Shown piece after piece: positions 44,375-59,541 of a DNA stretch of 64,000 bases. The notes under the pieces were generated by a model. The model saw nothing but the letters and a program-made list of their open reading frames with translations. It searched no databases and was not told the origin of the DNA. Positions within the stretch are counted from its first letter, which is position 1. Each line of letters begins with the position of its first letter. This DNA comes from Eledone cirrhosa (taxonomy: Eukaryota): assembly GCA_964016885.1 (NCBI GenBank), contig OZ024742.1:171182001-171246000 (forward strand), given 5' to 3'. A program made the position numbers and the translations under genes.

Positions 44375-47248
44375 AGAGCCAGAGATCGAGATCGAGATCG
44401 AGAGAGAGGGAGAGAAAGAGAGAGAGGAGAGAGAGAGAGGAGAGAGAGAGAGGGTTAGACTAATCCACGTACATATGCATAAACACGTGTGTGTATTTAT
44501 ATATGATGTTAAACTATAGTTGAACGTGCGGTATTTTTACACGCAGAGAATTATATATTTCCCATGTATTTATCCATTGATCTTTATATTTATCCATCTA
44601 TCTATATATTGAATTATACATCTATTTAGTTTGACTTATTTATCTATTCCTTCTGTTTACAGCTGGGTATAGGTGGATAATTATCCTGTATTCATCTACT
44701 CACGACTTTGAGACATCAAAGAAGCTGTTTCTAGGAGGAATAATACTAGAAAGCATGACTGACACTCAAAGCACTCTTTTAAAGATGTTAACACAGTCAT
44801 TTATTCATGTAAATTTACAGTGAATTTCCCAATTAAGGGAAGAACACCATTCTGTCACGCATGATTAATATAGATAATAGATCAGTTCGTTGCTGAGAGA
44901 AATTTCTGTCTATTCGTGTTCTGAAAGCTATAGGCATGTCATCTATTGAGTTATCAGCAATACTAAACACCGTTCTCACTTAAAATGGGAGTGGTATGGA
45001 AGAAAGAACAAAAGAAATGACGGACAGAGACAAAAAGATTAAATATAGTTAAAGATTGTGTGAAAGAGGGTGGGATAGGTTGGTAATGACTACAAACTAG
45101 AGAAAGGGGCTGTAGAAGAAAAAGAGAAGGAAAGAGAAGGTGATTTAGAAATTATTGGTATTTATTCTTTGAAGAATGTCTTTTTGAGGCAATATCACGT
45201 AGATAACCAATGAGCTAGACCACATTCTAAGAAAGATAGACTTTTATTTTCAAAGGAAGATTTACAGTTAGTAATTAAAATCGAGAGAGAAAAAAAAGGA
45301 ACCAAAACAAAATATAACCACAAGTGTCTGACTGTTATGAGACTAAATAATGGTTTCGAATTTAAGTAGAAGGCTAGCAGGTTTTGATGAAAGAAGAGTC
45401 AATTACATTGACTCCCGACCCCAGTAGTTCTCTGGTATTTTATTTTATCTATTCTCGCCTTACCTCCAACAGGCTGAAAAATAACTCGACCATGGAAGGA
45501 TTTGAACTCAAAACCTAAGGGGCCGGGAGATATATGTATATTCCCTACGATGTTCTGACGATTCGGCTAAAATACTTCCCTCGTGGGAGAGAGAGGCTGG
45601 TTGGGAAGGCGGAGAGAGGAGTGGAGAAAGAAAGAGATAGAGAAAGGAAAAAGCAAAATAGTGAGGGAGAGAGAGAAAGAAATACAAAAGAGGGGGGGGG
45701 GGGTGAGAGAGTGTGACAGAGTGAGAGTGAGTGAGGGAAAGAGAGAAGGAGAGAGAGAGGGAGAGAGAGAGTAAATAATGCTTTGAAACAGATATAAGGG
45801 CACAACATTTTGTGAGAAGGGTGCTGAGGGTCAAAAAATTCAGAGATATAGAGGGTGAGATGTATAAGGAGGAGACATTTTGTGGGTGTGGTGGGATTCT
45901 AATGTCAATAAAATTAAAGAAATGCAAGGGGGAGGGAGAAGCTACCAGAAAGTATTCTGGCCGCTCTTTAACAATTCTTCCGATCCATAGCACCTGGACG
46001 GGTACTATAGGTTATTGACTCCAAAAGGGTTTAAACTTAGTGTAGAGTGAGCCGGAACAAGCATCAGAACATTTGATCTGACGCTGTAAAGACTCGACTA
46101 GTTTGCCTCACTGAGCTGAGATTAAATATCAATTTGTGAAAGTACATGACGTTATTTGTTAGTGTTGTTGCTTAGTCGCAGATCAAGCTTGATCAAATAG
46201 ACGTATAACGCATAGCTGCTAGTATGTATATATCATATTAACTCTTAATAGCCAGTACGGATTTAGCAGAAAATATCTAAACATGGAAAGTGATTATGTC
46301 AGATGGGCCTGTAAATATTAAGAAAACAAAATCGGGTGAGGAATCAGAGAGGGGAGATTGAGCATTTGCCTTAATATTTACAATCCTACGTGGATTTTAG
46401 TACCTCCAAAAACTTACTTTTCATATTTCACATCGTTTGAAGTAAATTATAACATCCTCTTATCTAAACATGGATTTGTAAACTCAAATATTTATAGTAT
46501 GTTTATTAGTAGACAGATTGATGTGAACAATTTCCGTATTAGAATAATGACTTAATTTTTTAATGTGATGCAGATAGAGTACTGGTTTATATGATATGAT
46601 TATTGCATCTTTACTAGTGTGCAGATTGTTGTTGACCATCAGCATTAAAATAAAGATTTTAATTTTTAATTCCATGCAGTCATAATGTTGTTTTGTATTA
46701 AGTATTTATAGTATCACTCGTGGTCAAATTATTTTGAACATTATCAGTGTTAGATAAAGGCAGTTTTTATGTCACTCATACATTGTGCTGGTTCATACTA
46801 AATGTTTACACTATCTTCCATAGTGATTATATATATATAAATTAGCGAGAATCGTATTTCAGCTTTGCAATTAGCGAAAAACAACTTCCGAGATGTGTGG
46901 CAAGCGCTCAATAATTCTGACGAACCAGAGCTACAACATACGTTAAAGGCCAAACACACTGAGACGATGGTTAAACCGTCATCCGCACGGCCATAGAAAC
47001 GACCAAGTAATTCGAGTTAAACAAATAAAAAAAATATGTGATTGAAAAGATATGTTATTGACAAAAATATGTGAATATATATATATATATATATATATTA
47101 GAAAGTGAGGTTTTTTATTGTTTTTTTTTTACAAAATGAAAAATAACCGAGGTGTCCTACACGAGTGAAAGTATAAAGAAAAAGAAATGAAATCGAAAAT
47201 GCAACTGGAGTCTTATTTAAAAAAATATATATATATATTTATTTGGTT

Positions 47249-47286
47249 CCTTTACCGGTTTCGCAGTTCTTCTGCTTTTCAAAAGG
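47249..47286 (-). ncRNA. Minimal type I HHR, U3-A8 variant, GUA triplet
   Basis: Minus: CCTT-TTGAAAA-GCAG AAGAA CTGC-GAAA-CCGG-TA-AAGG. Confidence 0.8.
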
Positions 47287-47317
47287 TGAGTTGAGATGGA
47301 GGGTCTGTGGCTTTTCT

Positions 47318-47374
<57 letters not shown>

Positions 47375-47377
<3 letters not shown>

Positions 47378-47480
47378 GATTGGTGCTCTGAACTAGCGAT
47401 GTATACATGAATGTATGCAAAATGTATTTTGCAATATACTGTATGTTTAATTAAAAACATTTTGAAGACCTTACGCTATC
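47375..47480 (-). mobile_element. Diverged dispersed fragment of the 310-bp repeat family
   Basis: TGCTCTGAACTAGCGAT..AACATTTTGAAGACCTTACGCTA matches the reverse complement of 18852-18955. Confidence 0.75.
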
Positions 47481-47508
47481 ATTTTAAAGTAGTGACTATG
47501 TCACTTAC

Positions 47509-47550
<42 letters not shown>

Positions 47551-47646
47551 ATACTTTGGGAGGGTCATGTTGCCAATTCAGAAACGATATATATATATAT
47601 ATATATATATATAAAGAGAGAGAGAGATAAGCAATCACATACTCAT

Positions 47647-47699
<53 letters not shown>

Positions 47700-47884
47700 G
47701 ATAAATCTACCAAGAGTTTACGGTAGTGTCCAATCCGTATGAAGAACTCAATGTATTCCGGATATCATGGAAAGAAGAGATGTAATGAAAATCCAATTTC
47801 GGTGAAAGATAAACGGTATACAGAGTGAAGATAAAATATTAAATAAATAATGAACAAACAATTCCTTATATTAAACAAAAAAAG

Positions 47885-48039
47885 TTCACTATTTAACGAT
47901 CGTTTCTAGGGTATATATGTGCTATAATTGGTATGCATATTTAACAGATCTATGTACAAAATTATACAAAATTATACAAATTATCAAGATTAAATATACA
48001 TACCTAACTCATATATACGCCGTCTTCAGAAATAATGAA
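47885..48039 (-). ncRNA. Type I HHR with long stem II (inverted copy)
   Basis: Reverse complement of 50553-50707. Confidence 0.75.
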
Positions 48040-48801
48040 GTATATTTATTGATAATAACAACAATTCAAAATATCAGTTCAAAATTGACCAATGAAAACA
48101 CAAAGGGTTAAAAAGCAGTTTGGTGTGTGTATATACATGTAAAACCCTACACGCATTTTACAATAATGTGTGTATAATATGTATGTGCATACTAAAAAGA
48201 TGGATGCAAATAAAAAATTTCAAGGTTAATATCTCTGTAAGCTTAATGCGCTGATAATATACGCAATGATACTTATGTAGTCAAGCATATAAATATATTT
48301 TTTTCATACTCACACATATCAGTATAATCACACATACATGTGCGTATATATATAAATATACACATAACCACGAACACACAAACACACACACACCCCCCAC
48401 TCACATTTATATATGTGGATATAAAATCATAAGCAAATAGAAATTAAGTCACTCACATAAACACACTGGTACACACATTTCAAGATCAAGATACAGAAAT
48501 TAGGTGGGAGGGGGGGGGGAGGGGTCAGTGTTAGGTTGTCAGACCAGACAGCCTAATATAAATGTATCTATAAATTATGAAAAATAAAAAAATAAAAACA
48601 ATAAAATATATTACATATAATATAATGTACATACGCATACAGATATACATACACATACATACATGTACGCGCACATAGAGATATCTACACATACATACAT
48701 ACACACATACCTATACTGTCATACACACACATACATTTACACGAACATACACATACACATATAAAAAGATAAAAATACGGACACACACACGCGCAACACA
48801 T

Positions 48802-48850
<49 letters not shown>

Positions 48851-48961
48851 TATACACACACACACATAGACTCATATATATATACATACACATACATATA
48901 CTTATACATAAACATATATATCCCACACTCATACCACCATGAAAACACATACGAACATCCA

Positions 48962-49010
<49 letters not shown>

Positions 49011-49106
49011 ATACACACACGTACACATATATGCATATATACATACATATATACACACATACACATATATACATATATATACACACACACGTAAAATACA
49101 GACATG

Positions 49107-49143
<37 letters not shown>

Positions 49144-49235
49144 TTCATTACCCTTATATATACACATAGTATATATACATACACAACCTCACTTATACAC
49201 ATATACACATAAGTTATATTACAATAATAATAAAG

Positions 49236-49272
<37 letters not shown>

Positions 49273-49413
49273 TATACACACATATACACAAATATACATA
49301 CATACACATACATATACATACATACATACACATACATACATACACCTAAATATAAACATATATAAATACACACATACGAATAAAGACATATATTCACACA
49401 TAGACACCTATAT

Positions 49414-49457
<44 letters not shown>

Positions 49458-49544
49458 ATATACACACACATACACATACATACACATATATATATATATA
49501 CACATATATACACACGCACACACATACAGACACACATACACACC

Positions 49545-49581
<37 letters not shown>

Positions 49582-50552
49582 ATGTGAGTGTGCGCAAATA
49601 CATACATATATATATACACACACACATACAAACACACACAAACACATACATATGCATACATGCACACACACACACATATATCACATAGATACAAAGATAA
49701 ACATATAAATAGAGAGACATACAAATATATACAGAACCCATATACACATACATGCAAACACGCATATACATATATACATATATACACACATATATATTCC
49801 TATATACAAGCATACACATACACACACATATATACATATACCTACACATATATATACCACACATTCACATACACGTACATATATAATACATATATATACA
49901 TACATATACATACATATGTATGTACAATCATATATACACACTCAATCTTACATTCATATTTACATGCTCATATATGTATTTTTATATCTAGAAATAAATA
50001 CCAAAAAAACTATATAGACACCCATCTACCCATATATTCATACATATACACTTACAAAAACAGATGATAATAGTATGGGGGAAAGGGGGGGGTTTGGAGA
50101 AGGGGATCAAAGTAAATATATGTTTCAAGAAACCTATAATATTTTCCATATCTTAATTCAATGTATGTTCTTACATATTTTCAATGTTAGGAAATAACGT
50201 GTGTGTGTGTTTGTGTGTTCGTGGTTATGTGTATATTTATATATATACGCACATGTATGTGTGATTATACTGATATGTGTGAGTATGAAAAAAATATATT
50301 TATATGCTTGACTACATAAGTATCATTGCGTATATTATCAGCGCATTAAGCTTACAGAGATATTAACCTTGAAATTTTTTATTTGCATCCATCTTTTTAG
50401 TATGCACATACATATTATACACACATTATTGTAAAATGCGTGTAGGGTTTTACATGTATATACACACACCAAACTGCTTTTTAACCCTTTGTGTTTTCAT
50501 TGGTCAATTTTGAACTGATATTTTGAATTGTTGTTATTATCAATAAATATAC

Positions 50553-50707
50553 TTCATTATTTCTGAAGACGGCGTATATATGAGTTAGGTATGTATATTT
50601 AATCTTGATAATTTGTATAATTTTGTATAATTTTGTACATAGATCTGTTAAATATGCATACCAATTATAGCACATATATACCCTAGAAACGATCGTTAAA
50701 TAGTGAA
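50553..50707 (+). ncRNA. Type I HHR with ~115-nt stem II, GUU triplet
   Basis: TTCATTATTT-CTGAAGA-..GTATATATG..GGTATGTATATTTAA...TTAAATATGCATACC..CATATATAC..-GAAA-CGATCG-TT-AAATAGTGAA. Confidence 0.75.
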
Positions 50708-50752
50708 CTTTTTTTGTTTAATATAAGGAATTGTTTGTTCATTATTTATTTA

Positions 50753-51101
<349 letters not shown>

Positions 51102-51335
51102 TTATATATACTTATACAAATACGTGTATAAACATGTTCATACATACGCAATGCGTGCATTCATATTTTACATAATTTTATGTATACATACATAAATACA
51201 TTCATACAAACATACATACATAAACACATACGTACATACATGTGTATGCAATGATACAAAAGTACAAATATATATGCACACACATGTGTAGGTAGCTTAT
51301 TTAAACGGATATTTTTTATTTCATAAATATATTCG

Positions 51336-51417
<82 letters not shown>

Positions 51418-51427
51418 AATATATATG

Positions 51428-51463
<36 letters not shown>

Positions 51464-51479
51464 AATATATATATGTATG

Positions 51480-51502
<23 letters not shown>

Positions 51503-51510
<8 letters not shown>

Positions 51511-51829
51511 AGATCAAAAGATGGTTAAAGGAGTTCAATATATTTTATTATGCGCATTTCAAAAACAAACATCATCAAACAATAATATTTGTGTTTTCAT
51601 CAGATAAAACAGGAGAACATGATATGAAGGCTAAAAAAAACACTTGTTGATAGTGCAGTTTTAAATCAACAAACTGCACTATCAACAAGTGTTTTTTTTA
51701 GCCTTCATATCATGTTCTCCTGTTTTATCTGATGAAAACACAAATATTATTGTTTGATGATGTTTGTTTTTGAAATGCGCATAATAAAATATATTGAACT
51801 CCTTTAACCATCTTTTGATCTTATATTAT
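51503..51829. mobile_element. Near-perfect palindrome (9-nt spacer) with HHRs at 51543-51609 (-) and 51723-51789 (+)
   Basis: TTTTAT-CTGATGA-AAACACAAATATTATT GTTT GATGATGTTTGTTTTT-GAAA-TGCGCA-TA-ATAAAA. Confidence 0.85.
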
Positions 51830-51912
51830 GCATACTCCAGTCCCACAAACTGTAGAGTGCTTCTTATCCGATATCTGCATTGCTTTATTGTACTACAATA
51901 AAACTCACCTCC

Positions 51913-52062
<150 letters not shown>

Positions 52063-52129
52063 AATCAGTGGTAGTGGTGGTAGTAGAAGTAGTAGTATTA
52101 GTAGTAATGCTAGTAGTAGTAGTAGTACT

Positions 52130-52801
52130 AGTAGTAGTAGCGGTGACTCTACATTCTGGGTTCAAATTCAACTAAACTCAACGTTGCTATTCATCATTCG
52201 GAGTCCATAAAATAAGAACCATTTAATGGCATCCCTCAAATTACTGGCTTTGTGCCTAAATTAGAATCCATTAAAACTGTTATTGTTATTATTAGGGTCA
52301 TCGATTGATAGTATCGGCATAGAGTTACGGCCCTTTAGGTTCTGAGCTCAAATTCCACCGGGGTTAGCTTTGCCTTTCATCCTTACGGGGTTGATAAAAT
52401 AAAGCAGCACCAGTAATGCATTGGGGTTGATTGATTTAATCGACTCACCCCCTCCCCCAAATTGCTGGCCTTGTGCCTATAGTACAAATCATTATTATTG
52501 TTATTAGAGTGGTGGATTGGCAGCATCGGTCGAGCGTCGGACACCCTGCTTCGCGGCATGGTGATAAGACATTTTATGTTCTGAGTTCAATTTCCACCGA
52601 GGTTAGCTTTGTCTTTCATCCTTACGGGGTCGATAAAATAAAGTACCAGTCCCGTACATGGGTCGATTTAATTGACTTTCCCCCTCCCTCGGAATTGTTG
52701 GCCTTGTGCCTATATAAGAAACCATTACGGGGTCGATAAAATAAAGTACCAGTAATGCACTGGGTATTTGCTGGCCTTGTGCCTAAAGTAGAAACAATTA
52801 T
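52130..52801 (+). mobile_element. Cluster of head-to-tail SINE family 1-related copies of different ages
   Basis: Three to four repeats of GATAAAATAAAG..GCCTTGTGCCTA. Confidence 0.75.
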
Positions 52802-53114
52802 TATTTCGTAACTGATGGCAACTTCTATTTGTATCTCTAAGGTTGTTCATTTTATCTTAAAAGCTATTTTTTAGCATCACTGCGCATGAGCACACCACCC
52901 TTTATGTTAATATTATTATTATTAATGTGCATTATTATGTGGATGTTGTGATTGCTGTTAAAGCTGATGTTGATATTGTTTCTCTATTTTTCTTTTTCCT
53001 TTGTTTTTTTTTTGTGTGTATGAGCTTTATGTGTGTACGTGAGTGCTGTGTCTGTGTTTGCGTGTGTTGTGTGTGTGGGTATGTGTATGTGTGATCTCAG
53101 TGAAGATAACTTAC

Positions 53115-53402
53115 CGTCTAGTACATTTACTTTCATACTGGTTACAAGAGATTCCGAGGTTCGACATATGTACGTTCCTTGATCTGTGAGTTTGCTATGT
53201 TTGATGACCAGCGTGCTAGATATCGTTCCCGTTTCGTACGATGAACTGCCGGTTATTGAGATTTGCTTTATTTTATTTGCGTTGATTTTCTGTCCATCTT
53301 TGAACCAATCCGCAACTTGTGGGTGAGACAAACCACTTGCATTGCACGTTAGTCTAATGGCTAAATTCTTGTCAACATACGATTTGCCTGATATGGTGAT
53401 CG
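53115..53402 (-). CDS. Internal coding exon of an immunoglobulin-superfamily gene (one Ig domain; Dpr/ZIG-like)
   Basis: TTTCGCAG acceptor, G|GTAAGT donor, 288 bp, phase 1-1; ITISGKSYVDKNLAIRLTCNASG..DWFKDG..STLVIKHSKLTDQGTYICRTS..KVNVLD with canonical C, W and DxGxYxC. Confidence 0.9.
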
Positions 53403-54076
53403 CTGCGAAATAATAAAACAGATAAATAGATTAGTATAAGTTAAAACATACGTACACACATACATACATACATGCATACAGAAATTATGTACGTACATAC
53501 ATGCACGCATACAAACATACAGAAATATATACATATGTACATACATACATCCATATACACATACATATATACATACACACATACATTCATACATGCATAC
53601 ATATATAACTGCATGTACGCATGTAAAGATACACAATATATGCACATGTACACATATAGCTAAAAACATACACATACATTAAAATCCATACCTGCAAACA
53701 CACACATGCATGCAGACATGCAGACATATCTACCTAATTGATGTTGTTGAAATTCAAAAGAAAGAATATCTATTGGTGAAAATTTATCAAATAATAAGAC
53801 CAGAAAAACTGACAGACATACATACTGGACCACATGGACCAAAGTATAACTGAGCTCGGGTTTGTGGTGAGTAATTCCCTCTTTAATTGAAAAGCTACAT
53901 ATGGCCGCGATATCTGGAACCTTCGAAATTTGTAAACCATTCTTACGATTCAAAGTATGAAAGCTTACATAAGAGACGACGACATACATATATACATATA
54001 CATACATATATGATGGCTGCCCCCTCGTTATCGAGTATGCTCATTGCACGATATACCATTATTAATAATTATTAAT

Positions 54077-54265
54077 AAGGGGTGGATTGGCAGTATCGGT
54101 AGAGGGACGGACGCCATACTTTCCAGCATAGTTACGTCCCTTTACGATCTGAGTTCAAATCCCGCCGAGGTTGACTTTGCTTTCATCCTTACGGGGTCGA
54201 TAAGATAAATTACCAGTAATGCACTGGGTATTTGCTGGCCTTGTGCCTAAAGTAGAAACAATTAA
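54077..54265 (+). mobile_element. SINE family 1 with ATTAATAATTATTAAT TSD
   Basis: 16-bp direct repeat at 54061 and 54261. Confidence 0.85.
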
Positions 54266-54399
54266 TAATTATTAATTAATTCTAAGGTGCAATACCTGTG
54301 CGTGAAGATAATTTTTAAAGTGAGGAAAGACTGTGCACTGAGCCAATCCCACTCTCTGAGCGACAGTAGCTATAACCCGAAAAGAAGAAAGGATGAACA

Positions 54400-54725
54400 T
54401 CATCGGTAACTACTGAGCCGCAGGTTTTATATCGGAGTTATCCCAGTTTCCTGAGTTGCCTTCTCCCAGAAGAAAGCCCTGACAAAGCTAGGGGTCCTTC
54501 ACTCCCAGTGGTTTAACTGCGCGGTACATGTGTATATACATATTTACACACTTTCGGATGGCCGTTGACTCTTATGAGTTCTCCGGCCTTTGTCAGGTAT
54601 TGTTTTTTGTCCTGCAGGGTGTCCAAAATCACACTCCTCACCAAGTAAACTTGGTGGGGTTGCAGGTTTAGTCGCCGACGACCCGACCATGCGACAGGTT
54701 GTACTGGGTTACATGTTACCAGTAA
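54400..54725 (-). mobile_element. Interspersed repeat, probable RTE 5' UTR region
   Basis: Paralog of 55920-56182; GAGTT..CCTTCTCC.AG motif resembles the antisense of RTE 5' UTRs. Confidence 0.5.
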
Positions 54726-55283
54726 TACTCAAGAGTGCGATGCAAAGGATGACAATTTCTTTTCTTTTGCATCCTTGCCACCAGGAAGGTAGCCGATCAA
54801 ATATATACTCGAAATAGAACATACATGCATACATAAATACATATAAACATGCATACATACATACACACATACATACATACATACATACACATATACATAC
54901 ATACATAGATACATACATACATACACACATAACTTGAGTTTTAAATTAAAATATTATATTCCTATCCAGTTTTATATGTTTACACACAGAACAGAAATAT
55001 ATTTTGCATTTAATAACTGTATGTATATATATATGAACATATAGATATAGAAAAGTGTGTATATATACCCATATAGATATAGAAAGGTGTGTGTATATGC
55101 ACATATATGATTCCAAACGTACATATCTAAACATACAATGACATTCTTAACCGTACATATATACACATCTGCTGATTAACATATATGATTAGCTAGTTAA
55201 TATCAAAATTCAAAAGACAGAACGTAACTCTATTGGGGAGAAATTAAAAACAACAGAACATACATGCATACGCATATAAATGC

Positions 55284-55370
<87 letters not shown>

Positions 55371-55599
55371 CATATATATATATATACATACGTACACACA
55401 CATACAGACCAACACACACGTATATGCAGATACATACATGTACACACACGTAAACATACATACGTACATACCTGCATACATACATACATACATACGCACA
55501 TACATACATAAATATATACATACATGTATGTGTGCATGCAAGCATGTATGTATATACATGCTTTCATGCACACATACATATACATACATACATACATGG

Positions 55600-56200
55600 T
55601 GGCTGCCAACTCGTTTTCGAGTACGGCCACTACTTTATATCCATGTAGGAGAACCTCTACCGATGCGCTGAACGAGTGTGACTTTTTAGTCCAGCCAGCG
55701 ACTTGAAAACTCTGGTACAAACACTACACTTGTGACAATTATTGACAGATAGTGCTGGGCCCATGGTACCATGTGATGACAAGTGCAGAGAGATCTCCAT
55801 ATATAAAATGCCTGTGCCGTGAAGCTTTTATAGTGAGCAAAGGCACTGCACAAAGCCAGTCCCACTCTCTTAACCAAGGTGATATTTACCAAAAAGAAGA
55901 ACAAGTCAACATCATTGGATACCATCAGGGTTGCAGGTGTTATATCAGAGTTTTCCTTCTCCTAGAATTCTGCCTTGACAAAGGCTAAGGGGTCATCTCT
56001 CCCGGTGATTTTGGATGGCCATTGACTCTTAACAGCTCCTTTGCCCTTTGACAGGTTTTGTTTTTAGTCCTGCAGGATGTCCAAAGTCACCCCCTCACCA
56101 AGAAACCTTGGTGGGGTTGCCAGTTTAGTCGCCAACGACCCGACCATGAGACAGGTTGTACTGGCATACATGTTACCAGTAGCACCAACTGGTGACCTGA
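55600..56200 (-). mobile_element. Interspersed repeat, probable RTE 5' UTR region
   Basis: Paralog of 54400-54725. Confidence 0.5.
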
Positions 56201-56787
56201 CATACATACATACATACATACATACATACATACATACATACATACATACATGCATACATGCATACATACATTCATTCATACATACATACATACATACATA
56301 CATACATACATACATACATACATGCATACATGCATACATACATACATACATACATGCATACATGCATACATACATTCATTCATACATGCATACATGCATA
56401 CATACATACATACATGCATACATGCATACATACATACATACATGCATACATACATACATACATACATATATACGTGCATACATACATACATTCGTACATA
56501 CATGCATACATACATACATACATACATACATACATACATACATACATACATGCATACATACATACATACATACATACATACATACATACATACATACATG
56601 CATACATACATATATATATACATACATATATACATACATACATACATACATACATACATACATACATACATACATACATACATACATACATACATGCATA
56701 CATACATATATATATATACATACATATATACATACATACATACATACATACATACATGCATACTTACATATATATATACATACATAT

Positions 56788-56818
<31 letters not shown>

Positions 56819-56851
56819 CATACATACACACATATATACATGCATACATAC
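56200..56851. repeat. (CATA)n microsatellite
   Basis: Direct reading. Confidence 0.95.
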
Positions 56852-56904
56852 AGAAGGTGATAATGAATGTTTTGTAGTCTGATAAAATATATTTTCCGTA
56901 TCTA

Positions 56905-57371
56905 TAGTGATAATGGCTATTGTGATGATTGCTATGGTGATGATGATGACTATGAGTATGATGACTATGGCGATAACGGCTATGGTGATGATGGCTATGG
57001 TGATGATTAAGTTGATAATGAACACGAGAATGATGATACTGATGATGATGGTGACGAGTAAAATGATGATAACGGATAATGACAAAAATAGTGATGAGCG
57101 TGATAAAGATGGCTGTGGTGTTGACGGTGATGGCGCTGATAACGATCGCGATGATGATAATGATGATGATAATGATGATGACGATGATGATGATGATGAT
57201 GACGATGTCGATGACGATTATGATGATGATGATGGTGATGATGATGATGATGATGCTGATGATGATGATGATGACGATGGAGTGGTAATGTTGATGACGA
57301 TGTTGAAGTCGGTTGTGGTGTTGACAGTGATGGTGATAATAACGATGGCGATGATGATGATGATGATGATA

Positions 57372-57423
<52 letters not shown>

Positions 57424-57857
57424 CGATGGAGTGGTAATGTTGATGACGATGATGAAGTCGGTTGTGGTGTTGACGGTGATGGGGATAATAACGATGGCGA
57501 TGATGATGATGATGATGATGACGATGATGATGATGATGATGATGACGGTGATGATGATGATCATGATGATGGTGACGGTGATGAAGTCGGTTGTGGTGTT
57601 GACGGTGACGGTGATGGTGATGATAACGGTGACAATGATGATGATAATGAGGATATAATGGAATAGTGATGGTGATGGTGATGGTGATGGTGATGATGAT
57701 GATGATGATGATGATGATATTTTATGCCAGATAATAGCAATGACGATGATGATGACGACAACGATGATGTTGACATTGGTAATGGCGGCGATATTTGTTG
57801 GTGATGATGGAGATGATGACAGTCGTGAGGATGATGTCAGTGCTGGTGATGACGACA

Positions 57858-57940
<83 letters not shown>
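56905..57940. repeat. (GAT)n low-complexity tract with a ~147-bp internal duplication, followed by (AAT)n
   Basis: GACGATGGAGTGGTAATGTTGATGACG repeated. Confidence 0.85.
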
Positions 57941-57941
<1 letters not shown>

Positions 57942-58085
57942 GGAACGCTTCAAAAGGCATGCTTGCTGGGAACAGCAAGAACCCTCCGATACGTCCTGAA
58001 TATCCGAGGCTGCAGGTAGCGGCTTGATATTCATTTCAACAAACTTTCCAGTTAAATAACATCAATGACTGAGACTCAAAGAGTA
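57941..58085 (+). mobile_element. R4/Dong-like LINE 3' end in (AAT)n
   Basis: GTLQKACLLGTARTLRYVLNI. Confidence 0.75.
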
Positions 58086-58102
58086 ATAACAACAACAACA
58101 AC

Positions 58103-58159
<57 letters not shown>

Positions 58160-58223
58160 TTCATTTATTAGCCACAAGGGCCGACATGTAGGGGACTAAT
58201 AATAATAATAATAATAATAATAT

Positions 58224-58580
58224 TTGTTTCTACTTTTGGCACAAGGCCAGCAATTATCTCAGTGTATTACAGGTACTTTATTTTATCGACCCCGTAAGGA
58301 TGAAAGGCAAAGTTAACCTCCCCGGGATTTGAACTCAAATCGTAAAGGGAGGTAACTCTAAGCTTCAAAGCATGGCGTCCGACCCTCTACCGATATTGTC
58401 AATCCACCAGCAATACCCAGTACATTACTGGTACTTTATTTTATCGACCCCGTAAGGATGAAAGGCAAAGTTAACCTCGGCGGGATTAACTTTGCCTTAC
58501 ATTCTTACGGGTTCGATAAAATAAAGTACCAGTAATACACTGGTTAATTGATGGCCTTGTACCAAATGTAGAATCAATTA
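58224..58580. mobile_element. SINE family 1 (minus, 58224-58408) plus a fold-back pair of partial copies
   Basis: 58412-58485 (-) abuts 58486-58580 (+). Confidence 0.8.
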
Positions 58581-58596
58581 TTATTATTACTATTAT

Positions 58597-58843
58597 TGTT
58601 CTTTGAGTCTCAGTCATTGATGTTATTTAACTGGAAAGTTTGTTGAAATGAATATCAAGCCGCTACCTGCAGCCTCAGATATTCAGGACGTATCGGTGGG
58701 TTCTTGCTGTTCCCAGCAAGCATGCCTTTTGAAGTGTTCCAAAAAGCGGGGCTGGACTAATCTTCTTTAACCATCCTTGGAAACTCTTTGAGACAGTACC
58801 TGGTGCGCCTATGGCAATCGGGACGACCTTGACTTCATGGCAG
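58597..58843 (-). mobile_element. R4/Dong-like LINE 3' end (RLE C-terminus) in (AAT)n
   Basis: VKVVPIAIGAPGTVSK..LQKACLLGTARTHRYVLNI*. Confidence 0.8.
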
Positions 58844-58944
<101 letters not shown>

Positions 58945-59298
58945 CCTCATCATCATCATCATGATCGTTGTCACCACCAGCATTGACATCTTCCTCACGC
59001 CTTTCCCATCTAATAATAATAATAATAAAGACAGCGCTGTTGGTTGTAGAAAAGTAATAAAACACAAGATAAAATGATAACTGCTGTAGTGAACATCTAA
59101 AATTATAAGACGCTGCGAGAAACCGTTAATTAAAAAATGATGCTGATTGCTCTGTTTTAACATCCTACAATAACACATGTACACGTTTACACACAGAGAC
59201 ACGTAGTTATACATACATATGTCACCAAACATATATTCACACGTATTTCTCTGTGTGGCATATGTGTACACACACACACGTACACAGACACGCACACA

Positions 59299-59340
<42 letters not shown>

Positions 59341-59507
59341 TAAATATATATATATGTACGTGTGTGTATATATATATATATATATATGTATAAATATATA
59401 TATCTGTATATACATACATAACACACACACACATACATATATATATATACATACAAACATACACACACACTCACACACATATATATATATATATATATAT
59501 GTGCGTA

Positions 59508-59541
<34 letters not shown>

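Noticed and set aside
46910-46990. CTGACGA...TAAACCGTC hammerhead-like string
   Set aside because: GAAA is absent and stem I does not pair.
47917-48111. Duplicated 64-aa ORF (also 50481-50675)
   Set aside because: It lies within the inverted HHR arms; AT-rich, with no coding signature.
48685-50067. Long ORFs (up to 358 aa) and the many similar YI/CV/HT-rich ORFs
   Set aside because: They are translations of dinucleotide and tetranucleotide microsatellites.
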